Of a stretch of DNA of 24,000 nt, positions 14,323 to 22,385 are shown piece by piece. How positions within the stretch are numbered: position 1 is the first letter of the stretch; every line of letters begins with the position of its first letter. A model generated the notes under the pieces. The model was not told where the DNA came from. It searched no databases and saw only the letters and a list, made by a program, of their open reading frames with translations. The DNA comes from Candidatus Levybacteria bacterium RIFCSPLOWO2_12_FULL_39_17 (lineage in GTDB: Bacteria > Patescibacteriota > Microgenomatia > Levybacterales > GWA1-39-11): assembly GCA_001782675.1 (NCBI GenBank), contig MFPJ01000020.1:1-24000 (forward strand). The letters are read 5' to 3'. The translations under genes and the position numbers were made by a program.

Positions 14323-15009
14323 TTAGCTTGCTTTTCTTCTAAGATAGATTCCTGCAAGTCCCGTAGGAATAAGCGCGACAAGACCTAAAAGTTCAGGACC
14401 CGTAGATGGAATTTGACTAACGGTTGGTTTCTGAAAAATCTGAGGAGTAGGAACCGCGACTATTCCTCTTTCAATACAAACCTGAGCATTATCTTCGGCT
14501 GTCGAACCATCCGGAGCCGTGGCTCTTACATTATTAACAGCACAAGCTATTGCCTGGTTTTGGGGCAAGCCTGCCGCGTCTGCCGCTTTGGCAGTTATAA
14601 CAAATTCCATTTTTTGCCCACGGTTTATCTTGCCGACCACAAAGCTTATTTGTTTGGCTCCGACACTGGCATTGCCCACTCCGGCAACAAAAGAAAGCTG
14701 ATCCGGAAAGGTATCTACAACATTAAGGTTTGTAATATCAGTAGTTCCCGTATTTTCGATCACAATTTTGAAATTTACATTCTGTCCGGGAGAAAGCCTT
14801 AGGTCATTAAGAGTCATATTTTCAAAAAACTCTCCGCCTTTTGTTAGTCTTTGTACCAGTTTATTTATGGTGAATTTAACTTGTTGAGGTGGACAAACTT
14901 CCCCGCCGCCGTAAATTATTTGACACTGACTTTGCCCTGCCGCACTGACAATCGGCGCGGCAACCAAAGGCGCGATTAAAAGACCAAAGAGAACAAATAA
15001 TTTTCTCAT
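14323..15009 (-). CDS. secreted DUF11-domain surface protein with C-terminal sorting-like tail
   Basis: Signal peptide, 'VNFKIVIENTGTTDITNLNVVDTFPDQLSF' DUF11-like, C-terminal 'IPSTGPELLGLVALIPTGLAGIYLRRKAS'. Confidence 0.8.
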   Translation of the reverse strand: MRKLFVLFGLLIAPLVAAPIVSAAGQSQCQIIYGGGEVCPPQQVKFTINKLVQRLTKGGEFFENMTLNDLRLSPGQNVNFKIVIENTGTTDITNLNVVDTFPDQLSFVAGVGNASVGAKQISFVVGKINRGQKMEFVITAKAADAAGLPQNQAIACAVNNVRATAPDGSTAEDNAQVCIERGIVAVPTPQIFQKPTVSQIPSTGPELLGLVALIPTGLAGIYLRRKAS

Positions 15010-15121
15010 AAATATATTTTTTTTAATTATTACCATTATTTTCTATCTTTTTAATTAAAGAAAAGTAAGATAATGGTAATATAAATTCCGATTTAATCGG
15101 AATAAATTAGCAATTTGGGCG

Positions 15122-15150
15122 ATTCTAACATAAACTAAAATACTTGTCAA
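15122..15150 (-). promoter_or_regulatory. putative promoter of the DUF11 gene
   Basis: Minus strand TTGACA - 17 nt - TAGAAT. Confidence 0.6.
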
Positions 15151-15329
15151 GCCTATAGTTCAGAAGCAAAATAAAATATGAAATATTAAATATAAAATAT
15201 TCCTTATTTTTGAATCCGATTAAATCGGATTTGATTTTTATATTTGATCTTTTATTTTACTTTTAATCATATTGCTTTATAGTTAAGGATAGTATGATTG
15301 GGGGAAATAGGTAAATGGCTATATGGTTG

Positions 15330-15425
15330 AATGGTTTTAACCATTTGCGCTTCGGTTTCGGTTTCTCTCTTGACCCCGATAAAATCGGGGTTGACAAAGG
15401 AAGCAAAAGATGGTTAAATAACCAT
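15330..15425 (+). promoter_or_regulatory. structured rho leader with competing hairpins
   Basis: AATGGTT-tt-AACCATT (15330-15345), ACCCCGAT-aaa-ATCGGGGT (15373-15391), ATGGTTA-aa-TAACCAT (15410-15425). Confidence 0.45.
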
Positions 15426-15529
15426 GCTTCGGAATTCTTTCCTGTTTACGCAAGCAATTTCTCACGAATATAGTTTTAATTTAGACTTTGAATTTTTAAC
15501 TTTGAATTTTTAACTTTTAACTTTCTATC

Positions 15530-16816
15530 ATGCCTACAAAAAAGACCATAAAAGAAACTACGGTTGAAGAAATTATGCCTCAAGATGAAGCAGTTAAAGT
15601 ATCTGGGTCTGAACCGGCGCCTTCAAAGTACAGGCGCGCCGACTCCCGGGATTTTTCAAGGGATTATTCGGATGCCAGGCAGGACATGCCTGTTTCCGGC
15701 CCGCAAGAAAATACCGTGCCTGTTTCAGGGATTCTTGACATTCAGCATGAAGGGCATGGCTTTTTGCGCCCTAAATTCAGGGCTTCCGAGCGTGATATCT
15801 ACATTTCCGCTTCCCAAATAAGAAGATTTTGGCTTCGGCCCGGTGATTTTGTTGAGGGAATTGGTAGGCCGCCCAAAGACAACGAACGCTATTTTGGCCT
15901 CCTGAAAATTGAAAAGGTCAACGGAGAAGATCCTGAGAGCTCAATTAAACGGCTTCATTTTGATGATTTAACGCCTATTTATCCAAAAGAACAGATAAGG
16001 CTTGCGACAGGCAAACTACCTTTCTCAACACGGATAATTGACCTTATCTCACCAATAGGATTCGGGCAAAGAGGCATGATAGTTTCCCCCCCAAAGGCCG
16101 GAAAAACCACGATCATGAAGAATATAGCGGAAGGAATTTCAAGTAATTATCCAAAAGTTCACCTTATGGCAGTGTTAATTGGGGAGAGGCCCGAAGAGGT
16201 TACAGACATAAGCCGTTCGGTCAAAGGTGAGGTTGTAGCCTCGAATTTCGATGAATCCCCGGAGACCCAAACAACAATAGCCGAGATTGCCATGGAGCGC
16301 GCCAAGCGCTTAGTTGAGCGTGGCGTGAATGTAGTAATTCTTCTTGATTCAATCACGAGGCTTGCTCGTGCGTATAATCTTTCAATTGACCCCTCCGGCC
16401 GTACGCTCACCGGCGGATTTGATCCGGCAGCCTTATATCCTGCCAAAAAGTTCTTTGGCGCGGCCAGGAATTGTGAAGAGGGCGGCTCGCTCACGGTTAT
16501 TGGTACGGCCTTGGTTGATACGGGCTCCCGAATGGATGATCTTATCTTTGAAGAGTTCAAGGGGACGGGGAACATGGAGGTTCATCTGGACCGCAAGCTG
16601 GCTGATCGGCGAATATACCCGTCAATCAATGCTGAACGATCAGGCACAAGGGCAGAGGAGCTTTTATTTGATGATGAAACCCTAAAGAAGGTTGTGACTT
16701 TGAGAAGAATGCTCGATGTTTTAGGTCCGGACGAGAGGACAGAGGTTTTAATAGAGCGCCTCTCCAAAACCGAAGATAATCAAAAATTCCTCGCAACTTT
16801 TGGAAAGGGAGAATAA
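15530..16816 (+). CDS. rho: transcription termination factor Rho
   Basis: Rho RNA-binding and ATPase motifs: 'RGMIVSPPKAGKTTIMKNIA', 'LLDSITRLARAYN', 'TGGFDPAALYPAKKFFGAARN', 'GTGNMEVHLDRKLADRRIYPSI'. Confidence 0.97.
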   Translation: MPTKKTIKETTVEEIMPQDEAVKVSGSEPAPSKYRRADSRDFSRDYSDARQDMPVSGPQENTVPVSGILDIQHEGHGFLRPKFRASERDIYISASQIRRFWLRPGDFVEGIGRPPKDNERYFGLLKIEKVNGEDPESSIKRLHFDDLTPIYPKEQIRLATGKLPFSTRIIDLISPIGFGQRGMIVSPPKAGKTTIMKNIAEGISSNYPKVHLMAVLIGERPEEVTDISRSVKGEVVASNFDESPETQTTIAEIAMERAKRLVERGVNVVILLDSITRLARAYNLSIDPSGRTLTGGFDPAALYPAKKFFGAARNCEEGGSLTVIGTALVDTGSRMDDLIFEEFKGTGNMEVHLDRKLADRRIYPSINAERSGTRAEELLFDDETLKKVVTLRRMLDVLGPDERTEVLIERLSKTEDNQKFLATFGKGE

Positions 16817-16875
16817 ACCTGTTTGCTTTTGCTTCCCTTTTTTGGTAATCTACTACTTACTCCCTTTTCGGTTTT

Positions 16876-18012
16876 ATGAAAAAATTTCTGCCCGAACTGA
16901 GTCTTATGCTGTCAAAACTCACCGATCCCGACTTTTATAATTTGACGATCTCCGAATTCAGGCATTTTGTTTCTTTTCTGAAGATCTACTTTAAAGACAA
17001 AATCTTAATTTTCTCCGAAGGCTTTGAAGGGTCAAAAAATACCATGGTCAGAAGCGTTTTGATTAAGCGTGGGAAAAGAAACAGGCTTTTTCTTCACCTT
17101 GCCGCCATGGCTGTTTTGACAGCCGGCGCGATTGTTTCTCCCTTTATTTCAGACGCCAATTTTTTTGGAGAAAATCAAAACCTAACCTTTGCGCAAGGTA
17201 CAGATTCTTCAATCGCGACAGTCGATGTATTTAATACGGAAACAAGTGAAAAACCGAGGGACAAGATTATTACCTATCGGGTTCAGAATGGAGATACAAT
17301 CTCAACAATTGCTAAAAGATTCGGAATCTCGGAAGAAACGGTTAAATGGGCAAATGACTTGAGAAGCGACTCAATTACGGCAGGGGATGAGCTTGAAATA
17401 CTTCCTGTCACGGGAATGGCGCATAAGGTGATCCGTGGCGACACTGTTTATTCAATTGCCAAAAAATACGGGGCCCAAGCCCAGGCCATAGCTGATTTTC
17501 CCTTTAACGATTTCGCAAATCCCCAGACATTTTCCCTTGTTGAAGGCCAAATTTTGATTGTTCCCGAAGGAGTCAAGCCTGAAGAGGCGCCAAAAATCGT
17601 GAGAAGACAGTATATTGCATCAGGACCGGCTACCATTTTCTCCGGAGGGTTTACATGGCCGGTTAGAGGAACCATTAATCAAAGTTTCTCCTGGTACCAT
17701 AAAGCCCTGGACATTGGGGCGGAGCTTGGATCGCCGGTTATTGCAGGCCAATCAGGCGTAGCGTCTGAAGTCTTTAATGGGGGATGGAACGGCGGGTACG
17801 GAACGCATGTCATAATCTCCGGTGACAACGGCTATTCAACTCTATACGCGCACATGTCCGCAACGAATGTTGCGCCGGGTGATCCTGTGGTTGCCGGAAA
17901 AACCGTTATTGGATGGGTTGGTTTAACAGGAAGAACAACCGGTCCTCATCTTCACTGGGAGGTGCGCGGAGGCGCGCCGGGCTTTCTTAATCCTCTAACG
18001 GTAGTTCAGTAA
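16876..18012 (+). CDS. LysM-domain M23 family peptidase
   Basis: LysM 'YRVQNGDTISTIAKRFGISEETVKWAN', 'HKVIRGDTVYSIAKKYG'; M23 'HKALDIGAELGSPVIA...YAHMSATNVAPGDPVVAGKTVIGWVGLTGRTTGPHLHWEVR'. Confidence 0.93.
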   Translation: MKKFLPELSLMLSKLTDPDFYNLTISEFRHFVSFLKIYFKDKILIFSEGFEGSKNTMVRSVLIKRGKRNRLFLHLAAMAVLTAGAIVSPFISDANFFGENQNLTFAQGTDSSIATVDVFNTETSEKPRDKIITYRVQNGDTISTIAKRFGISEETVKWANDLRSDSITAGDELEILPVTGMAHKVIRGDTVYSIAKKYGAQAQAIADFPFNDFANPQTFSLVEGQILIVPEGVKPEEAPKIVRRQYIASGPATIFSGGFTWPVRGTINQSFSWYHKALDIGAELGSPVIAGQSGVASEVFNGGWNGGYGTHVIISGDNGYSTLYAHMSATNVAPGDPVVAGKTVIGWVGLTGRTTGPHLHWEVRGGAPGFLNPLTVVQ

Positions 18013-18021
18013 GGTACAGTT

Positions 18022-18074
18022 GACCACTGACAACTGACATCTGACATCTGACTTTTGGTCAGTTGTCAATGGTT
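18022..18074. terminator. inverted repeat between convergent genes, possibly a bidirectional terminator
   Basis: GACCACTGACAACTGAC ... GTCAGTTGTCAATGGTT; the left arm is part of a 7-nt-periodic TGACAAC/TGACATC tract. Confidence 0.4.
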
Positions 18075-18079
18075 AGTTG

Positions 18080-20194
18080 TCAGTTGTTACTATTCGCTGA
18101 TCCTGTGGCTTGGTTTGTTTGCGGAGGAGGGGATATTTTAATTTGAGGTTTAATTGGAGGAATGTTTGTTGACGGAGAGGAGATTGATAAAGGAGTCTGT
18201 TCTGTTTCAGATTCAACTTTTTTGGCTGTTTTTTTAATTTCACCTATTTTTGCCTCAAGCGCCTTTATTTCCCCCTCAATTTTTTCAAGATTTTGCTTGT
18301 CCCCAGATGACAATTGTCTGACTATCTGATAATTAAGCAGGGCTTCTTCAAGCGCACCTTTCTCCTCCAAAACATGGCCCAAGTTATAATAAGCATTCGC
18401 GAAATCGCGCTTGAGATTTACAGCCACCTGAAACTGGTTCTGAGCCGGATCATACTGCTTCATCTGATAGTAAATGCCTCCAAGCTGGATATAAAGCAGC
18501 GGGTTATAAGGGTCAAGAGCAATTGCCTGGTTTTGCGAAGCAACCGCGAACTGCTCGGCATTCTGTCCAACATTAATCAGGGCCCGATATATCTGGGAAA
18601 GATTCTGCCAGTTTAAAGATGTTTGAGGGGAAAGAATTACAGCAGACCGGCCGCTGCCTATGCTTTGCTGAAGAAGCGCCAGGAAGTTTTGCTGTAGCTG
18701 AGTATTTTGGTTTTGGTCTTTCAAATTTTGAGCAAGCGAATTGGCAAGAGCAAGATTCATCTGGGAGAAAATTCTGTGATAGTCGCTTCTATAAGGAAAA
18801 TCCGAAATTGCGCGGGTCTGAAGATCATATGTCTTTTGAGCATTATTTAAAGATGCCTGGCGCAAAGATTCGGCAAACTTGATGTCAGATGAGGTGAACC
18901 TCAGAACCCAGAATCCAAAAAACCCTGTAAAAATAGCCACAAAAAGAATCACAACCGCGGGCAAAATTGGACTTTCTGCTCCGGCTTCACTATGGGAACC
19001 CTCCGACAACGCCTCAAATGAAAATAGTCCCTTTTTTGAGGCAACAAGTGTGAGCACTACATCATAAACTCTTTTATCTTCGCTTATATTAAGGTAAGAG
19101 ACATAAATTGCAAGAAGAATGAACAACTCAACTACTGCAATATATGCGAAAGGAAGAAGGAAGGATAATGCGAAAGATGCTATGGCAGCAGCAAAAAGAG
19201 GGTTTCGGGGCGCTCTCGTCTTAAAAAGAGAAACCAGAATAAAAATAAAAGAGAGTGCTCCAAGAATTCCTACTGTAGCAATCAATTCAAGGAAATATGA
19301 AGAGGAAAATGAAAAGGTCAGATTCCAGATGTTTTGCTCAAGATTAAAAGATGGTGGTTTGAATCGTGTAAAATCCACGAGATATGTCCCGTAACCTGAG
19401 CCAAAAAGAAGGGAAACTATAAATCTTTGGGCTTCCTGGCTTATCGCGGCAGCCGCGGTTTGAAAGCCATATATATAAGGAAGAACAATCGGCTTATTTG
19501 GCAAAGCTATGATTTGATAAGCAATGAGAATAAGCCCGGCCAAAATCGTTACTCCGGAAAGCAATTGGACAAAGAAGCCAAAATCGGTTTTTAAATCTTG
19601 CCCGAATTTTACTCTTGGGAATCCTATCTTTTGCAAAAGGTAGAAGAGGGATATGACAAAAACCGGAATTAAAAAAATAAGCTGTTGAGTAATTGACCCA
19701 AAGGTATTGAAAAATTGATTTTGGAGGCTCGCAAAAGGGAGAAAGTAGAATTTGAAGTAATAAGCAATTGTAACAATAGAGGAGAGGGCGGCGCCCAGAA
19801 CAAAAGCGGACAAGACAATTGAGAAAGATTTTCTCTCACGAATATTATTTACAAGTGATAAGAAAAAAAGAACTGCAAAAAATACAGGCACTACTTGAAT
19901 CAAAGCGTCAAACCTGTTTTTGGATAAAATTGATGAAACCAGAATGGTTATTGCAAAAACAGCAATTGGCAAGTTGAGAGGACTTGCATTTAGGATAATT
20001 TTTCTTGCTAAAAGAACTTTTACTCCCCAGAGAATTATTAAAATAAGTGTTGCCCCAATTATTAAAAGCTGTTTTGGAATAATGAAAAAGTCTGTTGTGT
20101 TGAGAAGAAAAAATAAGGGAAGAAAAAATAAAGTGAGAGAAATAATAAATGTTGAGATAGTGTCAATGTAGGAAACAGTGTCTTTCTCGAGCAT
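18080..20194 (-). CDS. O-antigen-ligase-like polytopic membrane protein with C-terminal TPR region
   Basis: About 10 TM segments, then 'NPLLYIQLGGIYYQMKQYDPAQNQFQVAVNLKRDFANAYYNLGHVLEEKGALEEALLNYQ' TPRs. Confidence 0.75.
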   Translation of the reverse strand: MLEKDTVSYIDTISTFIISLTLFFLPLFFLLNTTDFFIIPKQLLIIGATLILIILWGVKVLLARKIILNASPLNLPIAVFAITILVSSILSKNRFDALIQVVPVFFAVLFFLSLVNNIRERKSFSIVLSAFVLGAALSSIVTIAYYFKFYFLPFASLQNQFFNTFGSITQQLIFLIPVFVISLFYLLQKIGFPRVKFGQDLKTDFGFFVQLLSGVTILAGLILIAYQIIALPNKPIVLPYIYGFQTAAAAISQEAQRFIVSLLFGSGYGTYLVDFTRFKPPSFNLEQNIWNLTFSFSSSYFLELIATVGILGALSFIFILVSLFKTRAPRNPLFAAAIASFALSFLLPFAYIAVVELFILLAIYVSYLNISEDKRVYDVVLTLVASKKGLFSFEALSEGSHSEAGAESPILPAVVILFVAIFTGFFGFWVLRFTSSDIKFAESLRQASLNNAQKTYDLQTRAISDFPYRSDYHRIFSQMNLALANSLAQNLKDQNQNTQLQQNFLALLQQSIGSGRSAVILSPQTSLNWQNLSQIYRALINVGQNAEQFAVASQNQAIALDPYNPLLYIQLGGIYYQMKQYDPAQNQFQVAVNLKRDFANAYYNLGHVLEEKGALEEALLNYQIVRQLSSGDKQNLEKIEGEIKALEAKIGEIKKTAKKVESETEQTPLSISSPSTNIPPIKPQIKISPPPQTNQATGSANSNN

Positions 20195-20203
20195 AACATG
20201 TCT

Positions 20204-20232
20204 ACTTTAAGCAATACGAAATATAATGTCAA
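20204..20232 (-). promoter_or_regulatory. putative promoter of the ligase/TPR gene
   Basis: Minus strand TTGACA (20232-20227) - 17 nt - TAAAGT (20209-20204), 9 nt before the ATG at 20194. Confidence 0.6.
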
Positions 20233-20242
20233 GTATAAAATT

Positions 20243-20288
20243 TAACATTACATAAAACTCCACGATCGTGGACTTTAATGTAATTTTA
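20243..20288. promoter_or_regulatory. 46-bp near-perfect palindrome, family CCACGATCGTG, copy 2
   Basis: TAACATTACATAAAACTCCACGATCGTGGACTTTAATGTAATTTTA; 20 of 23 half-site positions complementary. Confidence 0.85.
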
Positions 20289-20307
20289 TGGTACCGTTTA
20301 AATAAGT

Positions 20308-20820
20308 ATGAAGGTTAGAAAGGGAAGTTTAGGTTACTGGGTCCTTCTGTCTTTAGAGGGGATGGTTGAAGGTCTTGAGGCTTTTTCGTATTCTGGCCAG
20401 ATGAGATCTATGCTTAATTTGCCTTCTAATGCGAAGCAATCCTCATTGGCGCAAGCAATTAGAAGACTAAGAAGAAATGGGCTTATTGAGCAGGAGATGG
20501 ATGAGCAGGGAAAAACAATTTTAAAACTTAGCGAGCTAGGCAAAGATTTTCTGGGGAGAAAAGAGGCTTGGGACGGTAGGTATAGAATTATCATATGGGA
20601 CATTCCGGAAAAGAAAAGAAGGATTAGGGATCTTTTTAGGAGGCGACTTAGGGATTGGGGGTTTAAGTCTTGGCAGAGAAGTGTTTGGGTGTCTAAGCAA
20701 AATGTGACAGATAAGCTTCGTAAGTTAATAAAAGATTTGGATATTGAAAGTTGGGTAGCAGTTATTGAATCTGACGATTCATCTTTGTCCTACATAAACT
20801 TCCACGATCGTGGAAAATAG
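20308..20820 (+). CDS. PaaX-like transcriptional regulator (winged HTH plus Cas2-like-fold region)
   Basis: 'AIRRLRRNGLIEQEMDEQGKTILKLSELGKDFL' wHTH-like, then 'WDGRYRIIIWDIPEKKRRIRDLFRRRLRDWGFKSWQRSVWVSKQ', typical of PaaX-family proteins. Confidence 0.75.
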   Translation: MKVRKGSLGYWVLLSLEGMVEGLEAFSYSGQMRSMLNLPSNAKQSSLAQAIRRLRRNGLIEQEMDEQGKTILKLSELGKDFLGRKEAWDGRYRIIIWDIPEKKRRIRDLFRRRLRDWGFKSWQRSVWVSKQNVTDKLRKLIKDLDIESWVAVIESDDSSLSYINFHDRGK

Positions 20821-20826
20821 TGTAGG
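20789..20826. promoter_or_regulatory. 38-bp palindrome, family CCACGATCGTG, copy 3
   Basis: CCTACATAAACTTCCACGATCGTGGAAAATAGTGTAGG; overlaps the stop of the PaaX-like gene; left half 17 of 19 identical to copy 1. Confidence 0.8.
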
Positions 20827-20851
20827 GGTTGCATTCAAGAATGATATATCA

Positions 20852-20879
20852 TTGACAGCAAGAGACGAATTTATATATT
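20852..20879 (+). promoter_or_regulatory. putative promoter of the pilin operon
   Basis: TTGACA (20852-20857) - 16 nt - TATATT (20874-20879), 8 nt before the ATG at 20888. Confidence 0.65.
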
Positions 20880-20887
20880 CTCAAACT

Positions 20888-21691
20888 ATGTCTCCACAAA
20901 AAATTCGACATTTAGAAACTCAACCCAATGCTGGGTTTACTCTTGTTGAGCTTGTTGTGTCAATTGCAATTTTTGCGGTTTTTGTTTTCGCGGTTACCCT
21001 CTCTTTTAATCCAAAATGGCAGCTTGATAAGGCACGGGATAGTCAGAGGAAGCAAGACTTAACGCAAATAAGAAGCGCTCTTGATTCATATTACAACGAC
21101 TTTAACTGTTATCCGGCATCAGTTCCTTTTGGACAAGAGTGGAGTTCGGGCAATGTTATCTATATGAAAAAAGTCCCCCAGGATCCCGAGTGTCCACGCA
21201 CAGGATACTGTTATATTTATCAGACGGAAGAGACAGTTTCCTGCCCTCAATGGAATATTTTATATACCCATTTGGTCAGACCAACAAAGCAATTATGTAT
21301 TGCTCGGGAGTCTTGTCTTACCCGCAATCCTCCTGTTCGTATTTCAATGAGTACAAAGTATAATTTTTGCATTTTATCAGGAGATATAGATTGCGAGTAT
21401 CTGCGGGATAATCCATTCCCCACACCAATAGTTCCTACTTCAACCCCGGTTCCCCCAACCTCGACTCCCGCTCCTACCTCAACCCCCGGGCCAACTCCTA
21501 CTCCCGGCGGACCAACGCCTACACCCGGAAATCCCTGTGGTCCCGGCGATCCAAATTCGCCTTATGCCTGCAGTACGGGGAATTGCAATACCTTCAGAGA
21601 CAGACAGCCCGAGTGCACATGGAACGGCGGACCAACGCAATGCTACTGTACTTCAAATTGTGACGGGGTGGATTGCTCAGACGCCCCCTAG
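20888..21691 (+). CDS. type IV pilin-like/pseudopilin with Pro/Thr linker and Cys-rich C-terminus
   Basis: 'GFTLVELVVSIAIFAVFVFAV' prepilin N-methylation motif, 'RKQDLTQIRSALDSYYND', then PT-rich linker and an 8-cysteine tail. Confidence 0.85.
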   Translation: MSPQKIRHLETQPNAGFTLVELVVSIAIFAVFVFAVTLSFNPKWQLDKARDSQRKQDLTQIRSALDSYYNDFNCYPASVPFGQEWSSGNVIYMKKVPQDPECPRTGYCYIYQTEETVSCPQWNILYTHLVRPTKQLCIARESCLTRNPPVRISMSTKYNFCILSGDIDCEYLRDNPFPTPIVPTSTPVPPTSTPAPTSTPGPTPTPGGPTPTPGNPCGPGDPNSPYACSTGNCNTFRDRQPECTWNGGPTQCYCTSNCDGVDCSDAP

Positions 21692-21784
21692 TCTCGCCAA
21701 CGGCAGGGGTACCCCTTGCCTACTCTTGACATTTTTTTGGATTTATTTCTTAATTAAAGTTAGAGCAGCAATTTTCTTAGGAAT

Positions 21785-22381
21785 GTGAGTAAGAAGAAGA
21801 TTAAAAGAAAGAAAATGACAGTTCAGGGAGTTAAAGATTTTATTATTAGAAATCAAACCGCTTTTATTATTGCCGGTGCTTCTGCCGTTATTGTCGTTCT
21901 TGTTTTGGGGATAGCGTTGATTGCCGTTAAGGAAAAAAGCATAGCTTGGCCTCGGATTACCGTCCAAAACAATACTCCCGCCGGGAGCGTGCCAAGCAGT
22001 ATTCCAACTCCCTCGCCCACTCCCACCCCTACGCCAGTTCCTCTGGCTCAGGGTCCGCAAACCTACTCAATAAGCCAAAAAGATGCAACGCCGGTTATGT
22101 ACGAAGTGTGGTTTTCAACCATTGATCCCAAGAAGGGAATGCAAAAAGTAAATCTTAAAGTTCGAGATAAGGCAGGGAACGTTACAGAGGCGGTCACAAT
22201 TATTAAAACAGATAATAAAGCGGAGGAACATCCCCTGTCTCTTTCCTCGGGAACCAATAAAGACGGGGCATGGATGGGGGAATGGAGCGTTAATGACTCG
22301 TACAACTTTAACTTTATGATTACCTTTCAGGCAAAAGACGATAAAGGTAATGAGTCTTCCGTTGATCTTACGGTAAGATGA
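21785..22381 (+). CDS. single-TM extracytoplasmic protein with P/T linker and Ig-like domain
   Basis: TM 'TAFIIAGASAVIVVLVLGIALIAV', 'PTPSPTPTPTP' linker, beta-rich 'VMYEVWFSTIDPKKGMQKVNLKVRDKAGN...' tail; GTG start with nearby TTAGGA. Confidence 0.65.
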   Translation: MSKKKIKRKKMTVQGVKDFIIRNQTAFIIAGASAVIVVLVLGIALIAVKEKSIAWPRITVQNNTPAGSVPSSIPTPSPTPTPTPVPLAQGPQTYSISQKDATPVMYEVWFSTIDPKKGMQKVNLKVRDKAGNVTEAVTIIKTDNKAEEHPLSLSSGTNKDGAWMGEWSVNDSYNFNFMITFQAKDDKGNESSVDLTVR

Positions 22382-22385
22382 GCGC

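Noticed and set aside
16159-16767. ORFs overlapping rho (15564-15821, 16159-16575, 16344-16685, 16582-16767)
   Set aside because: Shadows of a highly conserved gene.
18314-19394. Plus ORFs inside the ligase/TPR gene
   Set aside because: Antisense frames without support.
20308-20820. CRISPR-Cas interpretation of the Cas2-like fold protein
   Set aside because: No repeat-spacer array, no cas1 or other cas genes; the N-terminal wHTH region fits a PaaX-like regulator better.
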